Shown here: in pieces, positions 27,300 to 37,809 of the stretch | How the letters are laid out: each line of letters begins with the position of its first letter | How positions within the stretch are numbered: position 1 is the stretch's first letter | DNA from: Rubripirellula sp. | GTDB lineage: Bacteria; Planctomycetota; Planctomycetia; Pirellulales; Pirellulaceae | Assembly (NCBI GenBank): GCA_965216875.1 | Contig: OZ244207.1 | Coordinates: 4,992,001-5,056,000, forward strand | DNA: 64,000 nt | Direction of reading: 5' to 3' | The notes under the pieces: model-generated | What the model saw: the letters and a program-made list of their open reading frames with translations, nothing else | Database searches by the model: none | Told to the model about the DNA's origin: nothing | Position numbers and translations under genes: made by a program

Positions 27300-28661
27300 C
27301 TAGTAAAGGAAGATCGTGTCGATACCGAAGGTCGTTTGACGCTCTTCGTTGCCTTCAAGCAGGGTGATGTCGGCGATCGCCAAGTTGGTGTTGCTTCCGT
27401 CAACCCAGTCCCAACGAATTTCGGGACGGATCATGACGTTTGCGTGAGGCTTGTAGTTCAAGCCGAGGGTCAACGCAAAGATGTCGTAGTCGCCCGTTGC
27501 GGTGTTGACCAATCCCGGAGGCGCTGCGGGGCCATAGTAGCCTTGGCTTCTCGCATCGAGGTTCCAGTATTCGAAGCGAGCACCCAGAGCCCAGCAGTCG
27601 TTGATGGTGTGCAACAAGTATTGGTTGATACCAAACGTCTCACGCCAGGTTTGTCCGGTTGCATCTTCGGTGTCGAGGATGTCGTTTTGGAAGATGTAGG
27701 TCAGCTTGTCGGTCAACGAAACATCGAACAACAAGGTGTGCATCCAACCACGCTCGTTGCCACCGGCGTTGTCGGCAAAGCGACCTGCAACGAGAGTCGA
27801 TACCATGGTGATGTCTTCGCACAAGTCGATCGAAGCACCGCCAAGATAGGCATCGCCATTGTCTTCAAAGCCGCTGTCCCAACCGAGGACCCAACCGCCG
27901 TAGACGTCCATATGGTCAGCGACTGCCAGCGTTCCCAGAGCACCGGTGTGCGTGAAGGGCTCGCTGTTGTACATCGTGTACGCGTGGCTGTAGAAGAAGT
28001 TGTCGGGGGCGGTCACGACTTCGTAGCCGATGATCGTGAAGAACTTACCGACCTTGAAAGTCAGTTCGCCGTAACCCGCTTCGAGGTAAGCCTGTGGGAT
28101 GGCGTGACCATAGTCTGGACCATGATCCCATGGGTTGTCCCAGTGATGGTTATCAATCCCGAAGGCTTGAGTGTCTTGTGCGTCGGTACCGTAGACATAG
28201 TCAACTCGGCCGCCGATGTCGAAACCGCATGAGGTGTCGATCGCTTGTTCGGCGTAAACCCAAGCTTGGTGAAGTTGGTACTCGTATTTGCGGCTGTTGA
28301 ACAAAGGCAGGTTGGCGCTGTGGTAGCCCAATTGAGCCCAACCGCCGATTGAGAAGCCACAGTGTTCACCGAACAGCGACAGTGGGTCGCCCAAGCAGCA
28401 TTCGCCACCGAGGCTGCCGTCGAAGATACCGCCGAAGCCGTTTGCCGTTCCGCAGCCGCCACAGTCGTTGCAGCCGCTGTCGCAGCCATCACAACTGATG
28501 TCGCAGCCCGTGTCACAGGTCACGTCATCGCAGCAGGAAACTTGCGCGATTTGCCCACGATCCAAATCGCCTGCGTAATATGCGGCGTTTTCAACGCCCT
28601 GAGCCGAGACCATCGCTCCGACTCCGAGCGAGGCCATTAGTGCCAATCCCAAACGATACAT
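27300..28661 (-). CDS. Outer-membrane beta-barrel porin (BBP2-like) with Cys-rich N-terminus, copy 1
   Basis: Signal peptide; GKFFTIIGYEVVTAPDNFFYSH; C-terminal aromatic residue (IFLY). Confidence 0.85.
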   Translation of the reverse strand: MYRLGLALMASLGVGAMVSAQGVENAAYYAGDLDRGQIAQVSCCDDVTCDTGCDISCDGCDSGCNDCGGCGTANGFGGIFDGSLGGECCLGDPLSLFGEHCGFSIGGWAQLGYHSANLPLFNSRKYEYQLHQAWVYAEQAIDTSCGFDIGGRVDYVYGTDAQDTQAFGIDNHHWDNPWDHGPDYGHAIPQAYLEAGYGELTFKVGKFFTIIGYEVVTAPDNFFYSHAYTMYNSEPFTHTGALGTLAVADHMDVYGGWVLGWDSGFEDNGDAYLGGASIDLCEDITMVSTLVAGRFADNAGGNERGWMHTLLFDVSLTDKLTYIFQNDILDTEDATGQTWRETFGINQYLLHTINDCWALGARFEYWNLDARSQGYYGPAAPPGLVNTATGDYDIFALTLGLNYKPHANVMIRPEIRWDWVDGSNTNLAIADITLLEGNEERQTTFGIDTIFLY

Positions 28662-28983
28662 TTGCTGGACTCCATGCCTGATGTGCGGCCATCCCTGATG
28701 CGTGGCCAACGCCGATTGATTTTTTCTTGCGACAGTTCTTGTCGAGTCTGGTCGCACCGCAAGCATCCGATGAGGCGCGTCAGGTTCGTTGAAACCATGA
28801 GTTCCGTTAGCGACAGTTCAATTGCCTGCTTTTGCGTATCGGATACGACCGGCACCAGAATCCAGCTTGACCGCATTGTCGAAGACACCGCAAACCGCCC
28901 ATCTTTACACCGGCTGTTAAACTTTGCGGCCTGCGCAAGAATCGCCTGAAATCGGGCCTGAAACGGGTCGCCGCTGGCGCATG

Positions 28984-29018
28984 AAAAAACCTGGCGTCTC
29001 CTACGAGACGCCAGGTTT
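28984..29018 (-). terminator. Intrinsic terminator of porin 2
   Basis: AAAAAACCTGGCGTCTC-ctac-GAGACGCCAGGTTT. Confidence 0.85.
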
Positions 29019-29060
29019 CACGTTGTTTTTCAGACCGACCTCGGTCGAGACGAGCACCTC

Positions 29061-30368
29061 TTAGAAGGTAAAGATCGTGTCGATGCCGAAGGTGGTTTGG
29101 TCGTCGCCGTTTTCAACGACTTGGTTACCGGCAGCCAGAACGGCGGTGTTGTTCTCAACCCAGTCGAAGCGAACTTCGGGGCGAACGATCACGTTGGCGT
29201 GTGGCTTGTAGTTCAAGCCCAAGGTCAGCTGGTAGATGTCAGCTTCTTGCCCAACGTTGGTGTACACACCTTCGTTTTGGTACCACTCAAAGCGGCTACC
29301 AACGGCCCAGCAATCATTGATCGTGTAGATCAAGTAGTTGTTGATACCGATGGTGTCACGAAACGTAGTGTTCGTGTTGTCTTCGGTGTCGAGGTAATCG
29401 CTTTGGAAGATGTACTGCAAGTTGTCGGTCAGAGCGACATCGGCAACGATCGAGTGCATGTAACCCTTTTCAACACCGTTGAAACGAGCTTCGCCGAAGC
29501 GACCGAAAACGGTTGCGTAGGTCAGCGTGATGTCGCAGGTCAGTGCTGCAGAGAAACCACCGAGGAACGAGTCCCCGTTGTCATCAAAGCCGCTGTCCCA
29601 ACCGAGGGTGTATCCGCCGAAGACGTCGATGTCATCCGACAGATCGTAGGTCGCCAAGAAACCGGTGTGGGTAAATGGCTCACTGTTGTACATCGTGTAC
29701 GCGTGGCTGTAGAAGAAGTTGTCCGGAGCGGTCACCACTTCCCATCCGATGATGGTGTAGAAATGACCGACTTTTACGGACAAATCGCCGTATCCAGCTT
29801 CCAGGTAAACCTGTGGCAACGCGTGACCGTAGTCCGCACCGTGGTCCCAGCTGTTGTCCCAACCACGAGGGTCGGTGCCAAAGGCTTGGGTATCGGGAGC
29901 GTCGGTACCGTAGACGTAATCGATACGTCCACCGATGTCGAAGCCACAGCTGGTGTCGATGGCCTTTTCGGCCCACAACCAAGCTTGGTGAAGTTGGAAG
30001 TTATCGCGACGGCTGTTGAACAAAGAGTTAGCTTTGTTGTGGTAGCCGAGTTGGACCCAACCGCCGGCCGAGTAGCCGCATGCTTCGCCAAACAAGGCAA
30101 AGGGGTCGCCCAGATCACAATCCAAACATCCTTCCAGTGGGCAACCGGCGTCACAGCAACCCGAGTCGCAGCAACCCGAGTCACATCCTGAATCGCAACT
30201 GGTATCGCAGCAGTCAGCCACTGGCTCACAACCGCAGACGGCTTCACCACAATCGCAGTACCCAACCTGGGCAACTTCTCCCGGGTAGGTAGGGGTCTCT
30301 GCTTGAACGGCAACCGCCATTCCCAAGCAGCATAAAGAGGCCAAAATGGCCGACTTTGAAAGTCTCAT
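29061..30368 (-). CDS. Outer-membrane beta-barrel porin (BBP2-like), copy 2
   Basis: Same motifs; CCDSGCCD N-terminus; ends IFTF. Confidence 0.85.
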   Translation of the reverse strand: MRLSKSAILASLCCLGMAVAVQAETPTYPGEVAQVGYCDCGEAVCGCEPVADCCDTSCDSGCDSGCCDSGCCDAGCPLEGCLDCDLGDPFALFGEACGYSAGGWVQLGYHNKANSLFNSRRDNFQLHQAWLWAEKAIDTSCGFDIGGRIDYVYGTDAPDTQAFGTDPRGWDNSWDHGADYGHALPQVYLEAGYGDLSVKVGHFYTIIGWEVVTAPDNFFYSHAYTMYNSEPFTHTGFLATYDLSDDIDVFGGYTLGWDSGFDDNGDSFLGGFSAALTCDITLTYATVFGRFGEARFNGVEKGYMHSIVADVALTDNLQYIFQSDYLDTEDNTNTTFRDTIGINNYLIYTINDCWAVGSRFEWYQNEGVYTNVGQEADIYQLTLGLNYKPHANVIVRPEVRFDWVENNTAVLAAGNQVVENGDDQTTFGIDTIFTF

Positions 30369-30645
30369 TTTCCTGAACTCCGGAAGATCGCTACTTAATG
30401 CAAGCGTGTGTTTCGGACGGGTCAATCGTGCAGCGTTGGAGTCAAAGGGCTACGGACCGCCGTATGTAGATCCCAAATAACCCGCGCACTTTATGTGTTC
30501 TGCAACATCGGTTTCACGAGCGGTCCGATTGACCAGCAGAACGCCAAAAACCGTCTCAAATTGCTAGGACGACACTCCATTTGGCAAGCTTTGGCGATTA
30601 GCTCGACTTCTCCGCGCTTCGGCGGCTCCGTTGCCCCCACAACAG

Positions 30646-30682
30646 AAAAAAGCCCAGCCACCTCATTAGAGGTGGCTGGGCT
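30646..30682 (-). terminator. Intrinsic terminator of porin 3
   Basis: AAAAAAGCCCAGCCACCTC-atta-GAGGTGGCTGGGCT. Confidence 0.85.
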
Positions 30683-30752
30683 CAAATGCTTTCAATTGCT
30701 TTGTTCGCCTCGATCCGTGGGAACCGAGGCGAGAACTCAGCTCGAAATCACC

Positions 30753-32081
30753 TTAGAAGGTGAAGATCGTGTCGATACCGAAGGTGGTTTGGTCGTTGCC
30801 GTTTTCGACAACTTGGTTACCAGCGGCCAAGACAGCTGCGTTGTTGTCAACCCAGTCGAAGCGAACTTCGGGGCGAACAACGACGTTGGCGTGTGGGCGG
30901 TAGTTCAAGCCCAAAGTCAACGCGTAGATGTCAGCTTCTTGTCCAATGTTGGTGTAAACACCTTCATTGTTGTACCACTCGAAGCGACCGCCGAATGCCA
31001 AGCAATCGTTGACGGTGTAGATCAAGTAGTTGTTCAGACCGAAGGTATCGCGAACTTTGACGTTTGCGTTGTTTTCGGTGTCGAGGTAATCGCTCTGCAG
31101 GATGTACTGCAGGTTATCGGTCAACGCCATGTCAGCGACGATCGAGTGCATGTAACCCTTTTCAACGCCATTGAAGCGAGCTTCGCCGAAGCGGCCGAAG
31201 ACGGTAGCGTAAGTCAGGGTGATGTCTTCGGTCAGAGCAGCTGAGATACCACCGAGGAACGAGTCCCCGTTGTCATCAAATCCGCTGTCCCAACCCATGG
31301 TGTAACCACCGTAGACGTCAATGTCATCCGAAACGTCGTAGGTTGCCAAGAACCCGGTGTGGGTAAATGGCTCGCTGTTGTACATGGTGTACGCGTGGCT
31401 GTAGAAGAAGTTGTCGGGAGCGGCAACAACTTCGTACCCGATCAGGGTGAAGAAGTGACCTGCTTTGACCGTCAAATCGCCGTAGCCAGCTTCGACGTAA
31501 ACTTGTGGCAGTGCGTGACCGTAGTCTGCACCGTGATCCCAGCTGTTGTCCCAACCGCGTGGGTCAGTACCAAAAGCTTGGGTGTCAGGTCCGTCCGTAC
31601 CGTAGACGTAATCGATACGTCCACCGATGTCGAATCCACAAGTGGTGTCGATGGCTTTCTCAGCGAACAACCAAGCTTGGTGAAGTTGGACGTTGTCGCG
31701 TCGGCTGTTGAACAAAGAGTTTGCTTTGTTGTGGTAGCCGATTTGAACCCAACCGCCAGCCGAGTAGCCGCAGTGCTCACCAAAGAGGGTGAAGGGGTCG
31801 CCCAAGCAGCAGTCGCCCATCAGGCCACAGCTGGGGAGCGAGAATCCACATCCGCTGTCACAGCAAGAGTCGCAACCGGAGTCGCAACAATCAGTGTCAC
31901 AGCACTCTGTGTCGCATGCGTCGCCGCATGGTTCACATCCACATACTGGTTCGCCACAGTCGCAAGCAGCTGCTGCGCAGTGGGAAACCAAATTGATATC
32001 GTTCAGTTGATCGGCCGAAGCATCGCTTGCGTACGTTCCACAAGCAATCGCGGCGATCAGAGCTAATTTGCTAAGCTTCAT
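30753..32081 (-). CDS. Outer-membrane beta-barrel porin (BBP2-like), copy 3
   Basis: Barrel nearly identical to copy 2; GGAG RBS; ends IFTF. Confidence 0.85.
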   Translation of the reverse strand: MKLSKLALIAAIACGTYASDASADQLNDINLVSHCAAAACDCGEPVCGCEPCGDACDTECCDTDCCDSGCDSCCDSGCGFSLPSCGLMGDCCLGDPFTLFGEHCGYSAGGWVQIGYHNKANSLFNSRRDNVQLHQAWLFAEKAIDTTCGFDIGGRIDYVYGTDGPDTQAFGTDPRGWDNSWDHGADYGHALPQVYVEAGYGDLTVKAGHFFTLIGYEVVAAPDNFFYSHAYTMYNSEPFTHTGFLATYDVSDDIDVYGGYTMGWDSGFDDNGDSFLGGISAALTEDITLTYATVFGRFGEARFNGVEKGYMHSIVADMALTDNLQYILQSDYLDTENNANVKVRDTFGLNNYLIYTVNDCLAFGGRFEWYNNEGVYTNIGQEADIYALTLGLNYRPHANVVVRPEVRFDWVDNNAAVLAAGNQVVENGNDQTTFGIDTIFTF

Positions 32082-32648
32082 ATGCTTTATTAACTCCCAA
32101 GGTTCCATTCGGGTGATCTTGCAAGGCACCAGCGCGGATCCGAGCGACCGAAATAGTCGACGTCGGAATACGCGGACCAAAAATTAATCCACGGCCGGTC
32201 GCTCATGGCGTAGTCTGCCGCCAAACCCTGTGGGGAGTTGGCATGGCGACTTACCGTCCGCGCCCAGTCATCAGGGTCAGATATCGACCCGTGAATTGAG
32301 AAAAGAGCCTCGAAGCGGGGAAGAAGCGGACAATCACGGAGAATGCGCGCCGCAGATGTGCGTCGCGGAAACCCTTCGCATGACTCTGCTTGCATGCATT
32401 GCAACCATTCTTGCGGTTCTGACGGTTAGACCGGTCGTAACGATTGCCCGGCCTCACTGAAGCTCCTGGCGTTGATTTGCCCCCAAGCCGGCCACGACGC
32501 TTGCGATGCCAACCGAAGTTGGGGGGACCGCTATCGGCCGCCTATCGGGATTGCCGCTCTTGGTGCAAAATCTTGGTGTTCATCTCGCCCTCACCGGCAA
32601 ACCTTTCCAACCATTTCACCTCCACTCCTCCAAACCAAACTCACCACG

Positions 32649-33755
32649 ATGGCGTTTTGGCGCAAGAAACAACCTGCTCAACCAACCGAACCACCTGCAG
32701 AGACGCCCAGTGAGTCCGCGACAAGTGAATCCGCCTCGGTTGTCCAATCGGAAACGCCAGCCCCTGAGGGCGACGGCTCGGTAGCGCCAACACCAACGAC
32801 ACCTCCACCCGCAGCAAAGCCGCAACCTGAAGCGAAGCCCAAAGGTCTCTTTGCAAAAATGCGCGCCGGGTTGACCAAAACCCGCGAAACGCTCAACACC
32901 GACATCCGAGACCTGTTCAAGGCAGAAGGGCGGCTGGTTGATGACGAGTTCCTTGATGAACTGTTTGCACGACTGATCCGCACCGACATGGGTGTCGAAC
33001 CGGCCGAGACGATTCGTGACGACGTGGGCACGCGACTTCGCGCACGCCGCGTTCAATTCGAAGAAGTCCTGTCGACCATCACGACTCAAACTCAGTCGAT
33101 GCTCGAACAGGAATCGGCCGAGCTCAACGTGGCGGACTCTGGCCCAACGGTGATCCTGGTCGTTGGAGTCAACGGAAGTGGCAAAACAACTTCCATCGGT
33201 AAACTCGCCAACTACCTGACCAAGTCGGGCAAACGCGTCGTCCTCGGTGCCGGCGATACCTTTCGCGCCGCCGCCGTGGAGCAGCTGACTGTTTGGGCAG
33301 GACGCATCGGCTGCGAGATCGTCACGGGCAAACCGGAAGCCGATCCTGCCAGCGTTGCCTACCAGACGGTGGAAAAGGCCGTCGAGATCGGAGCCGATAT
33401 TGCCATCGTCGACACCGCTGGTCGGTTGCAGACTCAAGTCAACTTGATGCAACAGCTCGAGAAGATCCGCCGGGTCGTCGGCAAGAAAATCGAAGGCAGC
33501 CCGCACGAAGTGCTGTTGGTGCTCGACGCAACCGCCGGTCAGAACGCGATCAGCCAGGCTCGAGGTTTCAGCGACGCGGCAGGTTGCACCGGAATCGTGT
33601 TGGCCAAACTCGATGGCTCGGCCAAAGGTGGCGTGATCCTTCCCATCCGGCAACAGTTTCAACTGCCAGTGAAATATGTCGGGCTTGGCGAGGGGATCGA
33701 CGACCTTGCCCAATTCGATGCCGCGATGTTTGCCAAAGCGTTGTTTGCGGAATAG
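32649..33755 (+). CDS. ftsY: Signal recognition particle receptor FtsY
   Basis: [36 protein letters not shown]. Confidence 0.96.
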   Translation: MAFWRKKQPAQPTEPPAETPSESATSESASVVQSETPAPEGDGSVAPTPTTPPPAAKPQPEAKPKGLFAKMRAGLTKTRETLNTDIRDLFKAEGRLVDDEFLDELFARLIRTDMGVEPAETIRDDVGTRLRARRVQFEEVLSTITTQTQSMLEQESAELNVADSGPTVILVVGVNGSGKTTSIGKLANYLTKSGKRVVLGAGDTFRAAAVEQLTVWAGRIGCEIVTGKPEADPASVAYQTVEKAVEIGADIAIVDTAGRLQTQVNLMQQLEKIRRVVGKKIEGSPHEVLLVLDATAGQNAISQARGFSDAAGCTGIVLAKLDGSAKGGVILPIRQQFQLPVKYVGLGEGIDDLAQFDAAMFAKALFAE

Positions 33756-33776
33756 TACTCGTTTCCTTCCGACATC

Positions 33777-34358
33777 ATGCTCCACCTGCAATCCGAATCG
33801 ACCACCCGCTGGCTCAATCAAGTCGACCAATCACTCGATGAAGTCTTGATCGACCACGCTCATTGCGAACGCAAAGCGGCGTCGACCGCGATGAATTTGA
33901 TGAATGCCTACACCGACCACCGCGAGCTGTGTCGGGAAATGAAACGCATCATCGAAGAAGAACTGGAGCACTTTGAAATGGTGCTCGAGATCCTTGATCG
34001 CCGCGGTGTCGAATTCCGCCGACTCGCATCCGGCCCCTATGGCCGCGAACTCAATCGTCTGGTTTCGCAGAGCGAACCAGACCGAGCCGTCGACCGGCTG
34101 CTCGTCGCATCGCTGATCGAAGCGAGAAGCTGCGAGCGTTTCAGTTTGCTAGCCGAACACATCCGACCACGCGAACCCGAGCTGGCCGAATTCTACGCCA
34201 GCCTCTTTGAAAGCGAGGCGCGGCACCACACCACCTACGTCAAACTCGCGGAAACGTTTACCGACCGCGAGCAGGTCCGCATCCGCTTGGACCAACTGTC
34301 CGCCAAAGAAAGCGAGATCATCGCAGCTGGCAGCGAGCTGCCACGAATGCACAGCTAG
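33777..34358 (+). CDS. miaE: tRNA-(ms2io6A37) hydroxylase MiaE
   Basis: DHAHCERKAA, EELEHF, IEARSCERF, SEARH di-iron motifs. Confidence 0.93.
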   Translation: MLHLQSESTTRWLNQVDQSLDEVLIDHAHCERKAASTAMNLMNAYTDHRELCREMKRIIEEELEHFEMVLEILDRRGVEFRRLASGPYGRELNRLVSQSEPDRAVDRLLVASLIEARSCERFSLLAEHIRPREPELAEFYASLFESEARHHTTYVKLAETFTDREQVRIRLDQLSAKESEIIAAGSELPRMHS

Positions 34359-34387
34359 GCATGTTTCACAACGCGTGCCTTTGTTTT

Positions 34388-34515
34388 GTAGTGGACGAGG
34401 CCACAAGTCCCTCTGTGTCGTAGTGGACGAGGCTACGAGTCCCTCTCTTCTCGTACCCCATTCAATCACCTCTCGCACTCCCGCAGGAATAAGGACTCGT
34501 AGCCTCGTCCACTAC
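34388..34515. repeat. REPIN family D (GTAGTGGACGAGGCYACRAGTCC): two direct copies and one inverted copy
   Basis: 34388-34410, 34420-34442, and inverted 34493-34515. Confidence 0.9.
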
Positions 34516-34798
34516 AAAATTGCGCTCGTGTTTCACGATCGCATGGTCCGGCTGGTGGGTCCCTCTTGAGCGATCGTCACAATTGCTTCGACTCGACAAG
34601 TCGCTAACCTTCCGTTGTCGCGAGCAACGATGCGTTCACCCGCCGCTTGCGACTCCTTTCCATGACGGAACGGCAGGCTCACGCGAACTTCGCGTCGTGG
34701 GCAGACCGGAGGATCCGGGCGCGCCACCCATTCGGCGCATTTTGGTTGAGTCTTGGCATGCAGCCGAGATCTTCGTTTGTCAAAGGGGAGGACACATC

Positions 34799-35809
34799 AT
34801 GGCTACCATTCGTTCGTGCGCGGCATTCTTTCTACTTCTGCTTCCAGCTTCGACGGTCCTTGCTGACGGCCGCAGCGTCCACTTTGATCTTCCGCCAACC
34901 GCCCCCGCGAGTCTGTTGGAATCAGACGACCCGTCAACGGTCACCATCGAGCTCAAGCTTTCGTCACTGATCGTCGACCCCGAAATGCCTAAGGTCGATC
35001 AATGGCTTGTACAGTGCCAACCGCGTGACAAATCGGTGCGTGTGGTCGACTATTGGCCCCGTACGGAAGTTGCCAGTGACGTCGACGGGAACATCCAAGT
35101 CAAGAAAACCAACGAAGCCTCACGAGCGATGGGAGCCTCACTCGATGGCGCGTATGGACATTTCAGTCATTTGCACGCGGGATTTGACAAGGGCGAAAAG
35201 GAAATCGACAGTTTGCAAATGAACCGCTTGGCCCCCGTTCAAGCCGTCACGGCTTCGGGAACCATTCGACGCGGCCTCGGTGTCTACTTCAAACTGCGTT
35301 GGACAGCACGCCAAGTCCTTGAAGGTGAAAAGACTTTCCGGCTAACGCTTCAGGTCCCACCGGGCTGGCGTGGCGGTTTGATCGACGTGTCGGTCACGGC
35401 GCAGGGAGAAGAGAAGACGCTAGGTGGTTTCGACAGTGTGACCAAGACGCACGGCAGTGCAAACTTTGTGGTTGCAAGCTATCGGGCTGGCGACAGGGTC
35501 GCCGCGGCGCAAGCGCAACGTCTGGTCGAAGCGGAGTTCGCTCTGCGTGATCTTGCCAGCGACCATCAATCGCGTCCACGCCAAGCATCGTTGACCTCGA
35601 TGGTCCGATTGATCGCCTCGAAATTTGACAGCGACGAAAAGGGCGGCGGCATCGACTGGATCGATCGACTGTTGCTTTGTCAGGCCGACCCACACTTTGA
35701 CAAAGAGATTCGACGGCTGCCAATGCCCGTTCGAGTCGCGGTGATCGAATACGTCGACTGCCGCGACAACTTCTTGATGATGAACGAGCGTCGTCTCGTA
35801 GAAAACTAG
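34799..35809 (+). CDS. Secreted hypothetical protein
   Basis: GGAGGA RBS, signal peptide, long ORF. Confidence 0.75.
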   Translation: MATIRSCAAFFLLLLPASTVLADGRSVHFDLPPTAPASLLESDDPSTVTIELKLSSLIVDPEMPKVDQWLVQCQPRDKSVRVVDYWPRTEVASDVDGNIQVKKTNEASRAMGASLDGAYGHFSHLHAGFDKGEKEIDSLQMNRLAPVQAVTASGTIRRGLGVYFKLRWTARQVLEGEKTFRLTLQVPPGWRGGLIDVSVTAQGEEKTLGGFDSVTKTHGSANFVVASYRAGDRVAAAQAQRLVEAEFALRDLASDHQSRPRQASLTSMVRLIASKFDSDEKGGGIDWIDRLLLCQADPHFDKEIRRLPMPVRVAVIEYVDCRDNFLMMNERRLVEN

Positions 35810-35897
35810 TCGTCTGCAAACCGACGAAAGATCGTAGGGTGTGTGCTTGCACGCACCACGAATCGAAAGTCCTCGTCGGCGCCACGTTGCCAGTACG

Positions 35898-35960
35898 GTT
35901 TGTCGTCCCACCTTTTGGCGGAATCCGAGAAGATTCCGGCTAAAGCTCGGTACTACGAAC
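35898..35960. repeat. REPIN family B copy (reverse orientation)
   Basis: GTTTGTCGTCCCACC...AAGATTCCGGCTAAAGCTCGGTACTACGAAC. Confidence 0.9.
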
Positions 35961-36001
35961 AGCGTGTTCGACTCACACTCTCAGTCAATGAACAACGGTC
36001 G

Positions 36002-36310
36002 TCAGTTGTTGCTGAAGCCAAGTGCCAACATGGTGTCGCGGCCAAGCGGATTCTTTAAGAATTGGCGATGGCATTCGGGGCAAAGATCGTAACGTCCACG
36101 ATGACTCGACTCGTCAGGGTCACTTACCAAGTCTTCGTCGGCGATTCCTTCAAGGATCTGATGCAACTCAGTTAGCTGATCAATGTCGTCGTCCATCTCA
36201 ACGGCGGTCGGACATTCCGCGGCCGATTGGATTTCGATTTGAACGACGTAGCGTGTTTGATCAGAGGGGTCTATCTGTCGTTTACAGCGATCGCAGGTGT
36301 AGTGGATCAT
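36002..36310 (-). CDS. Small acidic putative zinc-binding protein (CDRC...CPEC)
   Basis: MIHYTCDRCK...YDLCPECH. Confidence 0.8.
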   Translation of the reverse strand: MIHYTCDRCKRQIDPSDQTRYVVQIEIQSAAECPTAVEMDDDIDQLTELHQILEGIADEDLVSDPDESSHRGRYDLCPECHRQFLKNPLGRDTMLALGFSNN

Positions 36311-36504
36311 CAATCAAGTGTCCAACTGCGAGAGGAAGGAGGTCTCTCGACGGCGACCGTGCACGAGCACGATCAGAAAAGGAATGAATAATGAAACATC
36401 GTGAGACAACTTTATGTTAGTGACGGTCCTCGGGCGCTCGCAAGGCAAATAACTGACACTTTTCTCACGAATCACAGCCTCTCTTGACAGCGCCGACAAA
36501 ACCG

Positions 36505-36520
36505 CGCATGCAACTTGCCA
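36505..36520 (-). promoter_or_regulatory. Possible sigma54 promoter
   Basis: TGGCAAGTTGCATGCG (GG-N10-GC). Confidence 0.4.
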
Positions 36521-36711
36521 CCCGTTTTTTGATCACGATCGAACAATCGAAACAGCCATGATGGCCTGCCGCGCGTTGACTCACTCAAAACGCTGACACC
36601 GATTGCGGATTGCCATTTGAACTTTCGGCAACTCACATCGACCACACGCTTGCGGTAAAGATTCTGCCTTCCAACCACACACGACGCCGAATCATTCGGC
36701 CATGCACCTGT

Positions 36712-37539
36712 CTACTCTTGGGCGGGCTCTTCTTGTGAATCTTCTTCTTTCGTTTCTTCGACCGACTTGAATTCGCCTCCTGACACGATGGTCTTGGTCA
36801 AAGGCGGGCGCAACTCGACCAACATCCCCGGCAAGAAATCGGTGTCCAACGCATCCAGATCTCGGTCATCCAAAACCTTGACCACGTAGTTCCGCTTTTC
36901 CGCTTCGCTGATCAATCGCTTGATGGCCGGCACATGCCCGTACGAGAGAAGACACCTGCCCCCAGGGTTAAGCCGCTCGGGTAACCCATCGAGGATCGAA
37001 TCCATCAGTGCAAAGTTCGGATCGTAAAAGGCATGATCAGCCGGCTTGGCAACGACACCATCTTCCCATGGCGGGTTAGAGATGACCAAATCAAACTTCT
37101 CGACTGGTGCCAACACCGAGAAGGCGCCCGGATCGTCTTGATCGACCAGACGCACGTCCAAGTCTTCGTGTTCGACCAACACAGCGCCGTTGTACCTTGC
37201 GTTGGCGACTGCGGCCGGGTTGATGTCGGTTGCAACGACTTTGGTCGCATCATTCTGTAAACACAGAATGGCAATCAGCCCTGTGCCCGTTCCGATCTCT
37301 AAAACGTCGCGCCCGTTGCAAATCGCATCTTCGACAATCAACTTGCGCAGCGACACGGTGTCATCAATTTGCCAAAAGACCGTTTCGAATTGAACGATCT
37401 CACCGAACTGCAAATCTTCAACGGGCCGCAACTCTTGCACGGCGTAGTTGTAGTCGAGTTCGTCGTGGTACTTTCGGCACCCATTGGCGACCGCGACCAC
37501 ACCGAAAAGAGAGAGTACGAAGACAAGGAATCGCGACAT
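36712..37539 (-). CDS. Class I SAM methyltransferase (HemK/PrmC-like) with an N-terminal signal or lipoprotein leader
   Basis: VLEIGTGTG, ATDINPAA, FDLVISNPPW; leader MSRFLVFVLSLFGVVAVANGC. Confidence 0.85.
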   Translation of the reverse strand: MSRFLVFVLSLFGVVAVANGCRKYHDELDYNYAVQELRPVEDLQFGEIVQFETVFWQIDDTVSLRKLIVEDAICNGRDVLEIGTGTGLIAILCLQNDATKVVATDINPAAVANARYNGAVLVEHEDLDVRLVDQDDPGAFSVLAPVEKFDLVISNPPWEDGVVAKPADHAFYDPNFALMDSILDGLPERLNPGGRCLLSYGHVPAIKRLISEAEKRNYVVKVLDDRDLDALDTDFLPGMLVELRPPLTKTIVSGGEFKSVEETKEEDSQEEPAQE

Positions 37540-37611
37540 GGAGACTTCAATCGTTCGCGCGGCGAATGTGCTGAAGGTCCTATTGTATCGCGAACGGGAG
37601 CGAGAGGCTTC

Positions 37612-37786
37612 GTCGGGAGGGTGAGGCTCCCGCCGAACTTCACGTGCGGCTCCGCAGGAGCGTCGCCCTCCCAAATGGTTGCAGGAGCGTCGCCCTCCCA
37701 AATGGTTGCAGGAGCGTCGCCGTCCCAAATTGTCGCCAGAGAATCATGCCGGATCGGTGTCGCTGTCGCTCCTTGATCCGGCCTAC
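37612..37786. repeat. Repeat cluster: GGGAGGG palindrome, 27-bp tandem x3 (37654-37730), REP family A (37747-37786, -)
   Basis: GCAGGAGCGTCGCCCTCCCAAATGGTT x3; TGCCGGATCGGTGTCGCTGTCGCTCCTTGATCCGGCCTAC. Confidence 0.9.
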
Positions 37787-37809
37787 GGCGGTTGGACCAA
37801 TCGGCAGCA

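Noticed and set aside
27267..33830. Long antisense ORFs (e.g. 27267-28232, 29097-30191, 32616-33830; also 10783-11790, 48564-49598, 57779-59041)
   Set aside because: Shadow frames of real genes, expected in GC-rich DNA; no recognisable motifs
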